A DNA stretch of 64,000 bases from an uncultured Eubacteriales bacterium. GTDB lineage: Bacteria > Acidobacteriota > Aminicenantia > Aminicenantales > Saccharicenantaceae. The translations under genes were made by a program, and so were the position numbers. Below the pieces are notes generated by a model, which made no database searches, was not told where the DNA came from, and saw only the letters and a list, made by a program, of their open reading frames with translations. The stretch is taken from positions 20,629-84,628 of the forward strand of contig CAYREO010000001.1 in assembly GCA_964423315.1 (NCBI GenBank), written 5' to 3'. Below, in pieces: positions 49,138-58,298 of this stretch (within the stretch, counting starts at the first letter, position 1; each line of letters starts with the position of its first letter).

Positions 49138-51252
49138 ATGAAGATCAACATGGCGAGATCGATAGCGGTCATTTTTCTCTTCGCGGCCCTGGGGGCCATG
49201 ATGTCCGTCTCCGGGACCGCCCAAAAAGTAGAAGACCCGGGCGTGTTGCTGCGGGCGGCCATCGAGAAGGAGGAGGTCGACGGCGATCTCCCGGGGGCCA
49301 TCGACCTGTACAAGCGGATCGTCGAGAAATTCAGCGAAAGCCGGGCCGTGGCCGCCCAGGCGCTTCTCCGCCTCGGGGGATGCTACGAAAAATTGGGCGA
49401 TGAGCAATCAAGCCTCGCTCAAAAGGCGTTCGAGAAGCTCGTCGCGGACTACCCGGATCAAAAGGACGCGGTCAGCGCGGCCAAAGCCAAGCTGGCCGCA
49501 TTCCTCCGGGCCCGGGCGGCCATCGAGAAGGGCGCCGGGGAGATCAGCATCCGCAAGGTCTGGGATAACGCTCCCGACAGCTTTTTCATGGGCGCGCCAT
49601 CCCCGGACGGAAGATACGTGACCTATGTCGACTGGCAGAAATTCGCCAACCTGGGTGTCCGGGACCTGGTCAAGGGCGAAAACCGCCTTCTGACGAATAA
49701 TGCGTCTTGGGACGATATCGAGTATTGCTACAATTCCGTCTTCTCTCCCGACGGCCGTTGGATCGCCTTCGCCTGGCAGACAAAAGAACCGCTCACCCAG
49801 CTGCGTCTGATAAGTCGCGACGGATCGTCGACCCGCATCCTCCACGACGGCAAAGGCGTTTCGTATCTGGTCCCATTCGGCTGGACGGCCGACGGCCTGC
49901 ACGTCCTGACGCTTCTGTATGGGCTCGACGACAACAAGCGGATCAGCCTTGTTTCGGCCGTCGACGGCGCCCTCCGGGACGTGAAGGCCCCGCCGTTCAA
50001 GCTGCCGCGATCACCGCGGATGGGGCTGTCGCCTGACGCAAAATTCGTCGCCTGCTCCTATCTTCCCCAGGGCGAGCCGGCCCGCAGCGATATCGCGCTC
50101 CTTTCCGTGGAAGGAGGGCCGGTCACGCCGCTTGTCGAGCACCCCAGCGACGACGTCGTCCTCGGCTGGTCGCCCGACGGCACGCATGTCCTGTTCACGA
50201 GCGACAGGACGGGGAGCATCGGGATCTGGGCCGCGGGCGTGTCCAACGGGAAACCGGACGGGGCGCCCGAGCTCGTCCGGGGCGACATGGGCAACATCCG
50301 TCCCATGGGGATCACCCCCAACGCGAAGCTGTACTATGGCGTCTACACCGGCTGGAGCGACATCTTTATCGCCCCGATCGACCCGTCGACGGGTCGAGTG
50401 CTGGATCGGCCCGCCAAGGCCGTGAGGAAATACGAAAGCTTCAACTCCGCCCCCGACTGGTCGGCCGACGGCCAATTCCTGGTCTGCCGTTCCTCCCGGG
50501 GGCGGATGGCCACGGAGACGCCGGCCTTGCTCATCCTCTCGAGGGAAACGAACGAGGTCCGCGAGCTGGATCCCCGGATCTTCGGGGGGTTGAACTTCAA
50601 TTTCGTGCGCTGGTCTTCGGACGGGCGTTCCGTGATCAGCACGGGTCTCGACGAGAACGGGAGATCCGGAGCGCTTGTCTCGATCGATGCCCGGACCGGC
50701 GAATCCCGGATCCTCGCCAGGCCGGACCAGAACGGGGCCATCTTCGCTCCCTGCCCGTCTCCCGACGGCGGAAGCGTTTTCTACTTCCGGCTGGGGAGGG
50801 AATTCCGGCGGATCATCAAACTCGATCTGGAAACCGGGTCCGAAAGGGAGATCCATCGGCTGCCTTTCTCTCCGGGGCCCTATTGGATGGCCTTGTCACC
50901 GGATGGCCGACAGGTGGCGGCCTACTCGGACAATAAGATCTTCATCCTGTCTCACGATGGCGCCGAGTCCCGGGAATTGGTCGAGGCCGGCGGCGGAACG
51001 ACCCTGGCCTGGATGGCGGACGGCAAGAACATCCTCTACGGAAAATACCAGGAGGGAAGCGAGGAGATCGTGGACCTGTGGGTCGTTCCCGCGTCCGGAG
51101 GAGAACCTCGAAAGACCGGCCTATCCATGGCCCGGTTGACGCACCTTCAGGTCAGCCCGGACGGCACGCAGATCGCCTTCACGGCCAGCGAGGATCCGGG
51201 CAAGAGCGAGCTCTGGGTCCTGGAGAATTTCCTGCCGGCAAGGAAAAAATAG
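49138..51252 (+). CDS. Periplasmic protein with N-terminal TPR/YbgF-like domain and TolB-like PD40 beta-propeller repeats
   Basis: Signal peptide (MKINMARSIAVIFLFAALGAMMSVSGTAQ). TPR-like region AIDLYKRIVEKF...LLRLGGCYEKLGD. Repeated PD40 motifs FSPDGRWIAF, WSPDGTHVLFTSDRTGS, DWSADGQFLV, WSSDGRSVIS, PSPDGGSVFY, LSPDGRQVAAY, VSPDGTQIAFTAS. Confidence 0.7.
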   Translation: MKINMARSIAVIFLFAALGAMMSVSGTAQKVEDPGVLLRAAIEKEEVDGDLPGAIDLYKRIVEKFSESRAVAAQALLRLGGCYEKLGDEQSSLAQKAFEKLVADYPDQKDAVSAAKAKLAAFLRARAAIEKGAGEISIRKVWDNAPDSFFMGAPSPDGRYVTYVDWQKFANLGVRDLVKGENRLLTNNASWDDIEYCYNSVFSPDGRWIAFAWQTKEPLTQLRLISRDGSSTRILHDGKGVSYLVPFGWTADGLHVLTLLYGLDDNKRISLVSAVDGALRDVKAPPFKLPRSPRMGLSPDAKFVACSYLPQGEPARSDIALLSVEGGPVTPLVEHPSDDVVLGWSPDGTHVLFTSDRTGSIGIWAAGVSNGKPDGAPELVRGDMGNIRPMGITPNAKLYYGVYTGWSDIFIAPIDPSTGRVLDRPAKAVRKYESFNSAPDWSADGQFLVCRSSRGRMATETPALLILSRETNEVRELDPRIFGGLNFNFVRWSSDGRSVISTGLDENGRSGALVSIDARTGESRILARPDQNGAIFAPCPSPDGGSVFYFRLGREFRRIIKLDLETGSEREIHRLPFSPGPYWMALSPDGRQVAAYSDNKIFILSHDGAESRELVEAGGGTTLAWMADGKNILYGKYQEGSEEIVDLWVVPASGGEPRKTGLSMARLTHLQVSPDGTQIAFTASEDPGKSELWVLENFLPARKK

Positions 51253-51596
51253 GTTCTTCTCCCATCTCCGGGGATTTTCTACGATGAGTTCTACCGATAG
51301 GCATCCCCCATTGCCCCCCAAACCCCCGAGAACCAGTCCCGTCGGTTCCCCCGTCGGAGGCCGACGGGTCCCCCTCCGCTATGGGGGTCTGCAGGGGAAT
51401 CCCTATCGCCTTCTCTTGCCGAGTATCCCCGGAAATGGGAGAAAAACCAAGAAGTCGGGTAAGGAAAAGGGCGCTTTCACCGAATCAACACGATCTCTTG
51501 ACAATTCCGTGACACATGCCGGCCGAAGCCGGCTTATGTTGTTAACGCAATGGGCAGGGAGCCGCGCCGCGGGGCGGATCAGCCGACGGAGGGGGG

Positions 51597-51809
51597 ATGA
51601 TGGATATCCTGACTGCCGCCGAGCTGGAGATCGCCCCGGCCGATCTGCTGACCGGGCTTGTCTATGTCGTCATCAAGTTCTTGGCCTACGGAGCCGTCGG
51701 GATCGCCCTCATCGGCGTCGTCACGACGTGCTGGTGCTGCTTATTCGATTGCCGCAAGTTGAGGTGCTCATCCCCTACGCCGATCCGATGGCAGGCCGGG
51801 TTGTTCTGA
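51597..51809 (+). CDS. Small hypothetical protein (70 aa): one TM helix followed by a Cys-rich tail (CWCCLFDC...C)
   Basis: Strong SD (GGAGGGGGG) 3-8 nt upstream of tandem ATG ATG. The hydrophobic segment is LTGLVYVVIKFLAYGAVGIALIGVV. It lies in a low-GC intergenic pocket. No homology support. Confidence 0.25.
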   Translation: MMDILTAAELEIAPADLLTGLVYVVIKFLAYGAVGIALIGVVTTCWCCLFDCRKLRCSSPTPIRWQAGLF

Positions 51810-51815
51810 GTGGAT

Positions 51816-52280
51816 CTATTTCTTTAGTGCCTTCTTGACCCGCTCGAGATATTTGGCATCGAGCCGGTCCCTGTCGCGGCCGACCGCTTTCTTGTTCTTG
51901 ATCAGGTCGTCGAGAGAGATGAAAAAGACATCGACGTCCCCATACCTCGCTTTGGTCCTTTTTTTCCAGGCCGACCGGAATTCGATCCCGGAGCATGCGG
52001 TGATGAGGTCGATCCTGACCGGCGCGAATCCCAGCTGGACGATCAAGTCGGGCCGGAGAAAGTCGGCCGGTTTGACCCCCGGCTTCATCCCCCAGAATTC
52101 GGCAATGGCGGCCGCCACCTTGGCCCCGTTCTCCTCGGTCGCCTCGACCAGGATGTCGATATCCTTCGTGTAGCGGGGCTCTGCATAGTAGGAAAAAGCG
52201 AATCCCCCGACGATCAGGTATTTAGCTTTTTTTGCGCCGAGTAATTTTAAGAAATCTCTGTAATCCTTTTCGACTCTCAT
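51816..52280 (-). CDS. Minimal Pol-beta-superfamily nucleotidyltransferase-fold protein (GG...DID motif), AbiEii/MNT-like
   Basis: 154 aa; KYLIVGGFAFSYYAEPRYTKDIDILVE is the hG[GS]x(9-13)DxD NTase motif. The C-terminal FISLDDLIKNKKAVGRDRDRLD is typical of this family. It sits in a low-GC segment. Confidence 0.55.
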   Translation of the reverse strand: MRVEKDYRDFLKLLGAKKAKYLIVGGFAFSYYAEPRYTKDIDILVEATEENGAKVAAAIAEFWGMKPGVKPADFLRPDLIVQLGFAPVRIDLITACSGIEFRSAWKKRTKARYGDVDVFFISLDDLIKNKKAVGRDRDRLDAKYLERVKKALKK

Positions 52281-52449
52281 TTTTCAGCTCATAGACCATT
52301 TCCCGCAGATATTGAAGGGTATCCAGCTTCTCGGCCGGCGAGGCGTTCAGCCAATGGTCGAAATCGAGCCTGTCGGAGCTGTCCAGCCGGACGATCCTGA
52401 CCGTCTTTTTCATCCTATTCATCTTAACAAATCCGCTCCTCTTCAGCAA
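52222..52449 (-). CDS. Small partner ORF (75 aa) upstream of and overlapping the nucleotidyltransferase gene; putative antitoxin-like or regulatory component
   Basis: MLKRSGFVKMNRMKKTVRIVRLDSSDRLDFDHWLNASPAEKLDTLQYLREMVYELKNE.... It has the same strand and AT-rich composition as the NTase gene, with a 59-nt overlap. Contains an Rx4H (RLDFDH) motif. Confidence 0.35.
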   Translation of the reverse strand: MLKRSGFVKMNRMKKTVRIVRLDSSDRLDFDHWLNASPAEKLDTLQYLREMVYELKNESRKGLQRFLKITRRKKS

Positions 52450-52514
52450 TGCCTGGGCGCTATTGCGGCCGGCGCCAAGCCCTTCATCCGCCTCAAGTTG
52501 GAAGGGCGTTGAGC

Positions 52515-53783
52515 TTATGCAATGTAGGGGATGGTTTGCGGGCCCTCGGGCATGACGCAGATGGACGCGCCGCGCCCGAACTTCCGCAGCAGCTCCACCA
52601 CGGTATCTTCGATCTTACGGCACGGCTCGAGAAGGGCCGCACGGATCTGGTCATCCGAGAGGCCGTCGGACCTGACGTAAACATCCGCCTTGAGCTGGAT
52701 GAGGGCCTGGACGTGGGCCTGCCATTGATCCTGTTCAAGGAACCCCGGCGCGCTGATCCGGTCCAGAAGCTCCCGCGGGCTCTTCGCCTCCCTCAGGAGC
52801 TTCCCGTAAAGACCATGTTCGGGGATCCCGTCCCAGCAGCTCGCGGCCATGATGATGGCCCCGCCTGGCCGGACGACCGGTTCGGCCGCCCGCATCCCCT
52901 TGACCGACTGATAAAGATTGAGGTCGAGGGGATGGCCCGAGTTCGTCGTGACGACGATGTCGAACGGGCTCGGAACGGCGACCATGGCCGAGCGCCGGAC
53001 GAACTCGCACCCGGCCGCATGGGCCTCGTCCAGGTCCCCCGCGAAGACCCCAGTCACGGCCTTGTCGCGGTTGAGGGTGACGTTGAGCAGGAAGAGCCGC
53101 CCGGCCTGCCCGGCGACCTCGCGAATCTCCTCCCAGATGGGATTCCCGCGCGTCACTCCCCAAATAGCGTTCGGGTGCCCGACCATCCCGGCATCGTGGT
53201 TGCCGAGCACGGTCCGCTGGCCGGCCATGCCCGGCATAATGGCCTTGCCCCCTCCGGAGAACCCCGCGAAAAGATGCGGCTCGATGAACCCGGTCAGGAT
53301 CTTGAGGTCACAACGCATGAGCTCGGCGTTGAGCCACGTCTCATGGCCCTTCGAGGTCACGCCGACACGGACCTGGGTCGCCGGGTCGAACGCGTCGTTC
53401 TGGACGATGCGCCGCTCGTCGAAGATCCGGTCCCCGACCATGGCCCGAAGCTCCGCTTCGGTGTTGGCTCGGTGGGTCCCTAATGCGTTGAACAACGTGG
53501 CCTCGACGCCCGGGACCGCATCCAACACCTCGAGCACGGCCCCCAGGAGCAGCGGGTTGGGCGCCGGCCGGGTGATGTCGCTGAAGACGATGCCGACGCG
53601 CATGCCGGGCCGGACGAGATCGCGAAGGGGCGGCGATCCGAGGGGTTTCTCCAGCGCCCGGCGCACCTCGTCCGCGGGATCGGCCAGCGCCGGGACGAAC
53701 GCCGGCTCGACGACCGTGACGTTCAGCGCGTCATCGAGCTCGAGCGGCAGCCCCTCCTTCCCATAGGCCAGCTTCAGCCGCAC
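52515..53783 (-). CDS. larA: LarA-family (nickel-pincer cofactor-dependent lactate racemase-like, DUF2088) protein
   Basis: 422 aa; MRLKLAYGKEGLPLELDD...VGIVFSDITRP...GTHRANTEAEL...TGFIEPHLFAGFSGGGKAIMPG follows the LarA N-terminal and catalytic-domain pattern. Confidence 0.65.
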   Translation of the reverse strand: MRLKLAYGKEGLPLELDDALNVTVVEPAFVPALADPADEVRRALEKPLGSPPLRDLVRPGMRVGIVFSDITRPAPNPLLLGAVLEVLDAVPGVEATLFNALGTHRANTEAELRAMVGDRIFDERRIVQNDAFDPATQVRVGVTSKGHETWLNAELMRCDLKILTGFIEPHLFAGFSGGGKAIMPGMAGQRTVLGNHDAGMVGHPNAIWGVTRGNPIWEEIREVAGQAGRLFLLNVTLNRDKAVTGVFAGDLDEAHAAGCEFVRRSAMVAVPSPFDIVVTTNSGHPLDLNLYQSVKGMRAAEPVVRPGGAIIMAASCWDGIPEHGLYGKLLREAKSPRELLDRISAPGFLEQDQWQAHVQALIQLKADVYVRSDGLSDDQIRAALLEPCRKIEDTVVELLRKFGRGASICVMPEGPQTIPYIA

Positions 53784-53814
53784 TTCGACCTCCTCGCCGT
53801 GCTCCCCGTCCCTC

Positions 53815-55764
53815 TCACTCCCGATAGAAGGGCAGCCAGTTCGGTGTCGCCCTCAGCGTCTCCAGGCGGAAGGCCGTCGGCCAGGCCACAAGCCATTGGC
53901 TGACCGAGAAGGGATGATACCAGCGCGTCTGGAGGAAGCCCTCGTCTTGGCTGCCGGCCGGGCGCCTCTTTCCCATGACGACCAGGTCGCCGTCGGAGAT
54001 GCCGATCGAGCCGTTGGCCCAGGCGGCCAGAGCCCTCTCCCGCCACACAGCGTTCCCCGTCAGCCGGGCGAGCTTGAGCCAGTCGTTGACGATGATGAGG
54101 GCGAACGGATCCATGTGATGGTGCTGGGTCGAGACGGCCGTGCCGCCGAACGTGTCGTAGCCGATCTCACGAAGGACGGTCCCTTCGGCGTAGGGCACCG
54201 TGTAGTGCCACTGCCACGTGGCGATGTAATAGGAGACGTCCTCGGCCCGCCTCAGGTATTTCTCCTGGTCGGTGATGTCATAGAGCTCGAGCGCGGCCTT
54301 GAGGAGCGGGGTCGCCGACTCCTTGTCGATGCAATGCGTATCGAGGGCCCCGGCCGTCGTGAAGCCGTCCTTCAGGAACTCCCCGATATAGAAGGCGAAG
54401 GCCCTCTCGGCGCCGTCCAGGTATCTCTTCTCGCGGGTCGTCCGGTAGGCCGTGACGAGAGGCGGGATGAGGAAGGCCCCGATCGTCCCGTCCGGATCGA
54501 CGGCCTTGCCGTCGTTCGTCCAGGCCTTGCCGATGCGGCCGTCGGCCCGCATGGCCTTGAGGGCGAAGTCGCAGACGCCCAGGGCCGCGGCCTTATAATC
54601 CGGTTTTTGAAGCCCGCATTTCGCGGCCAGCTCGAAGGCCTCGAAAAGGTTCTGCGCGGCATTGCCCAAATTGCAGGCGTCCTGGACTTCCCCCTTCGGG
54701 TCGCCGAGGCCGATGATGTAATCATACTGCCCGCGGATGAGCCCGTTGCGGAGCCGGGCGTTGCGGACCCAGGCATCGAGGCAGGCGATCCCTTTGTCGC
54801 GCGAGCCGCGGTCGCCCGTCTTGAGGAAGTCGGCGAGGAGCGAGTTGGCCAGCGAGGCGTTCTGGCCGGCCCAGCCGATCTCGTACTTCCGGGTTTGGCG
54901 CTGGACCCACTTGGCGCCGTCCCATCGCAAGCCGATGGAGAAACCCTTGAAGCTCTTCTCCTCGGCCCACAGGCTCTCCTTGGCGAATTCGACGCCGAGG
55001 TCCCAGAGGATCTCCGGGTCCCACTTCGGGGCGGCGGGCCGGGCGTTGAGCGTCCAGGCCGCATCGAGCAGGGCGCGCCAGCCGTGCTTCGGCGCCGCGA
55101 CGGGGGCCGCTACGATCCAGGCCTTGAGCGCGATCGTCTGGCCGCGCGAGACCCGCAGGTCCTCGCGGTAGGCCTCCTGGTACCGGTCGCGGTACGCATA
55201 GACCTTGGGGCTCTCCTCCTCGGGCCAGACGAGGCCGTGGACGGTCCTGTCGTCGCCCGGCTCGAGGAAGCAGGAGAACCCGCCCGGCATCTGCCCCGGG
55301 CGGCTGAAGAGGGCGACCGACCATTCCCCGGATTCGGAGTACGTCGCGCCGGGAACCGACGTCCGATGGAAGGCGAAGACCCAGGGCCGTCCTTCCGTGA
55401 CGAAGCCCTTGGGCTCGAGGCCCGTGCCCCATGTGTTCCCGTCGTACATCACGGCCGGGATGAGGCTGTAGAGCGACTTGTACCGGGCTTCGAGCTCCAT
55501 CGTCAGGCGGGCCGGGCGGACGAAGTCCTGGCCGTTGTAGGAGAATGTCCGGGTCCACTCGAAGAGGCCCGGCTGGACCTCGCGGACTTCGTCCTCGGCG
55601 GCGAAGCCCTCCTCGCGGAAGGGCGCGAGCGCCGCGATGGGCCGGCCGCCGGCGTAAAGGGTCGGCGTTCCGTCGGCCGTCCGGAACTCGACGCGGACCT
55701 GGGCCGCGGTGGTCCCGGCGAAAAGGCTCACGACCAGGACAGCAAGCATCGGTTTGAGGCGCAT
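53815..55764 (-). CDS. Secreted hypothetical protein (649 aa), possible (alpha/alpha)6-barrel glycoside-hydrolase-like enzyme
   Basis: Signal peptide (MRLKPMLAVLVVSLFAGTTAAQV). It has uniform coding composition and a Trp/Tyr/Asp-rich helical C-terminal half (WQWHYTVPY, HHHMDPFALIIVNDWL). The start is set at the Met with signal peptide; the remainder of the 948-aa track ORF upstream is antisense to fba. Confidence 0.5.
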   Translation of the reverse strand: MRLKPMLAVLVVSLFAGTTAAQVRVEFRTADGTPTLYAGGRPIAALAPFREEGFAAEDEVREVQPGLFEWTRTFSYNGQDFVRPARLTMELEARYKSLYSLIPAVMYDGNTWGTGLEPKGFVTEGRPWVFAFHRTSVPGATYSESGEWSVALFSRPGQMPGGFSCFLEPGDDRTVHGLVWPEEESPKVYAYRDRYQEAYREDLRVSRGQTIALKAWIVAAPVAAPKHGWRALLDAAWTLNARPAAPKWDPEILWDLGVEFAKESLWAEEKSFKGFSIGLRWDGAKWVQRQTRKYEIGWAGQNASLANSLLADFLKTGDRGSRDKGIACLDAWVRNARLRNGLIRGQYDYIIGLGDPKGEVQDACNLGNAAQNLFEAFELAAKCGLQKPDYKAAALGVCDFALKAMRADGRIGKAWTNDGKAVDPDGTIGAFLIPPLVTAYRTTREKRYLDGAERAFAFYIGEFLKDGFTTAGALDTHCIDKESATPLLKAALELYDITDQEKYLRRAEDVSYYIATWQWHYTVPYAEGTVLREIGYDTFGGTAVSTQHHHMDPFALIIVNDWLKLARLTGNAVWRERALAAWANGSIGISDGDLVVMGKRRPAGSQDEGFLQTRWYHPFSVSQWLVAWPTAFRLETLRATPNWLPFYRE

Positions 55765-55945
55765 CGCGAATTCCCTTCGTCGTATTCGCTCGGCCGGGTC
55801 GCATCCATTCGCTGCCGGCGTCGGCCCCGTGGCCGTTCCTCCGGTTTTTATAACAGACGGGTGCCGAAAAGACAAGGCGTTGACCCGCCCCTCTCCTTTC
55901 ATTATGATGATGGAGCGTTCTTCATTCCCTTCGAGGAGGTTGCCA

Positions 55946-56970
55946 TGCCCGTTTCCTATAAAGACCTGGGGCTCGAGAACACCCGGGACATGTTCCGCCG
56001 GGCGTTCGCCGGCCGGTACGCCGTTCCGGCTTACAATTTCAACAACATGGAGCAGCTCCAGGCCATCATCACGGCCTGCGTCGAGACGCGTTCGCCCGTC
56101 ATCCTCCAGGTCTCGAGCGGGGCCCGCAAGTACGCCGACCAGACGCTCCTCCGCTACATGGCCGAGGGGGCCGTCCGCATGGCCCGGGAAATGGAGAAGG
56201 CCAAGGGCTTCGGCCCGCCCATCCCCATCACCCTCCACCTCGACCACGGCGACACCTTCGAGCTGGCCAAGTCGTGCATCGACAACGGCTTCTCGTCGGT
56301 CATGATCGACGGGTCGCACCTCGCCTACGACGACAACGTCGCGCTCACCCAGCAGGTCGTGGCCTATGCCCGGGAGCGGGACGTCTCGGTCGAGGGCGAG
56401 CTCGGCGTCCTGGCCGGGATCGAGGACGACGTCAAGGCCGAGAGATCGACCTACACGAGGCCCGACGAGGTCGTCGATTTCGTCAAACGGACCGGATGCG
56501 ATTCGCTGGCCATTTCCATCGGCACATCGCACGGGGCCTACAAGTTCAAGCCCGAGCAGTGCACGCGCGACGAACGGGGCGTCCTCGTCCCCCCGCCGCT
56601 GCGGTTCGACATCCTCGAGGAGATCGAAAAGCGGCTGACGGGCTTCCCCATCGTCCTCCACGGGGCGTCCTCGGTCATCCAGGAGGCGGTGGCCATGATC
56701 AACACCTACGGGGGCAAGATGAAGGACGCCGTCGGCGTGCCCGAGGAGCAGCTTCGGAAGGCGGCCGCGTCGGCTGTCTGCAAGATCAACATCGACACGG
56801 ACGGCCGGATGGTCATGACGGCCACCATCCGCAAGATCTTCGTCGAGTCGCCGGGCGAGTTCGACCCCCGCAAGTACCTGGGCCCGGCCCGCGCGGCTCT
56901 CGTCGAGATGTACAAGCGCAAGAACCGCGAGGTCCTCGGCTCGGCCGGACGATACGGCGCGGAAGCCTGA
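55946..56970 (+). CDS. fba: Class II fructose-bisphosphate aldolase
   Basis: MPVSYKDLGLENTRDMFRRAFAGRYAVPAYNFNNMEQLQAII...HLDHG...AISIGTSHGAYKF... are zinc-aldolase class II motifs. RBS GAGGAGG lies upstream. Only the C-terminal 341 codons of the 1024-aa track ORF are real. Confidence 0.85.
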
Positions 56971-57077
56971 TCATGCAAGACCACATCAAGATCATCGGTA
57001 TCCTGTGGATCGTCCTGTTCAATCCCGACGCGGTCAAGCTCTTCCAAAGCCCGCCCCCGGGTACGTAAGGAACTGAT

Positions 57078-57653
57078 GTGTCCGTCTATCTCACGCTCAT
57101 CATCCTCTTAACCGCGCTATTGAGCATGGGGGCCGCTCCAGCCGGGACATTTCTGGTCGACGACTTCTCCCAGGAGGGCGTTTCCGCGCTCGGGACGCCT
57201 TGGCAGACATTTTCCGACAGGGTCATGGGCGGCATCTCGGAGGGAAGCGCCCGCTATGAGACTCTCGACGGGAAGCGCTGTCTGCGGCTCCGAGGGGTGG
57301 TCTCTCTCGAGAACCAGGGAGGGTTCGTCCAGGCGGCCGTCCCCTTGGTCAAAGCGGCCGGGGCCTTCGACGCCAGCGGCTATGAGGGCCTGCGCTTGTG
57401 GGTCAAAGGGAACGGGCGCCGCTACTACGTTCATTTGCGCACGGACGATACGAGGCTTCCGTGGCAGTACTACGCGGCCGGCTTCGACGCCGGGGCGACG
57501 TGGGAGAAGGTCGATATCCCCTTCTCCGCCTTTGCGGGAGAGAACCTCCGGCCCGCGCTCGACACCCGAAAGCTGAAACGGCTGGCCATCGTCGCCGCCA
57601 AGGAAGCTTTCACGGCCGACGTGGCCGTTGCCAGGATCGAATTCTACAAGTGA
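57078..57653 (+). CDS. CIA30-family protein (complex I intermediate-associated protein 30-like domain)
   Basis: N-terminal anchor (MSVYLTLIILLTALLSMGAAPA) then FLVDDFSQEGVSALGTPWQTFSDRVMGGISEG...LRLRG, which matches the CIA30 domain consensus (F.D..VMGG.S). Confidence 0.55.
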   Translation: MSVYLTLIILLTALLSMGAAPAGTFLVDDFSQEGVSALGTPWQTFSDRVMGGISEGSARYETLDGKRCLRLRGVVSLENQGGFVQAAVPLVKAAGAFDASGYEGLRLWVKGNGRRYYVHLRTDDTRLPWQYYAAGFDAGATWEKVDIPFSAFAGENLRPALDTRKLKRLAIVAAKEAFTADVAVARIEFYK

Positions 57654-57666
57654 AAGGAAATCCTTG

Positions 57667-57873
57667 ATGAGTGAACACGTTTACCGGAAGATGGAGATCG
57701 TCGGGTCCTCCAAGGTCAGCATCGAGGACGCCATCAAGAACGCCCTGGCCGAGGCCGGCAAGACGGCTTCCAACCTGCGCTGGTTCGAGGTCGTCGAGAC
57801 CCGCGGCTACATCGAGAAGAACGCCGTCGCCTATTACCAGGTGACCCTGAAGATCGGGTATACGGCGGCCTAG
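57667..57873 (+). CDS. Dodecin-family flavin-binding protein
   Basis: 68 aa; MSEHVYRKMEIVGSSKVSIEDAIKNALAEAGKTASNLRWFEVVETRGYIEKNAVAYYQVTLKIGYTAA matches the dodecin pattern (..VY..IEIVG.S......AI..A...A..T...L.WFEV...RG.I......YQVT.KVGF). RBS AGGAAA lies upstream. The start is set at an internal Met of the track ORF. Confidence 0.7.
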   Translation: MSEHVYRKMEIVGSSKVSIEDAIKNALAEAGKTASNLRWFEVVETRGYIEKNAVAYYQVTLKIGYTAA

Positions 57874-58298
57874 AGGATCAGCCGGCCGACTCCGACCAGG
57901 AAGAGGACGCCGCCGAGGGCCAGGAAGTACTTGAACGGGATGGCCAGGCCCTCCCGCGTCGTGACGACCCAGATGTCCCGGTCGTAGGCTTCGCCGAGCT
58001 CGCCCCGATATTTCTCCTTGACCTCCTCGACGGCCTTGCGGATCGTGTCGAGGCTCTCTTTAGATTTGGCGATGGCCTGGCGGATCTCCTGCTTCTCGGC
58101 GGTCGTCAGGGTTCGTTCGAAGACCGTTTCGCGGGAAGTGAACCTCAGCTTGCCGTCCTCCTGGAGGAAGAAGACGACCAGCGGGATGCCGATGGCTATG
58201 AGGATGAGAAGCAGGCCCTGCCTGCGGCCGTCGCTCGTTCCGCGGCGTTTCGCGGGGATAGTCCGCGCGTCCCAATCGTCTTTCTTCGGCATGGGCAT
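57870..58298 (-). CDS. Hypothetical membrane protein (2 TM)
   Basis: 142 aa; TM segments LLLILIAIGIPLVVFFL and FLALGGVLFLVGVGRLIL. It is convergent with dodecin (4-nt overlap). No family recognised. Confidence 0.4.
   Translation of the reverse strand: MPMPKKDDWDARTIPAKRRGTSDGRRQGLLLILIAIGIPLVVFFLQEDGKLRFTSRETVFERTLTTAEKQEIRQAIAKSKESLDTIRKAVEEVKEKYRGELGEAYDRDIWVVTTREGLAIPFKYFLALGGVLFLVGVGRLIL

Noticed and set aside
51284-51838. 184-aa plus ORF in the gap after the TolB-like gene
   Set aside because: Pro/Arg/Gly-rich low-complexity translation with no RBS and no TM or domain features. The region more likely holds promoters or small elements.
53896-56970. 1024-aa plus-strand ORF
   Set aside because: Only the C-terminal 341 codons form the class II aldolase (own RBS and Met). 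The upstream 680 codons are antisense to the 649-aa secreted protein gene and compositionally biased.
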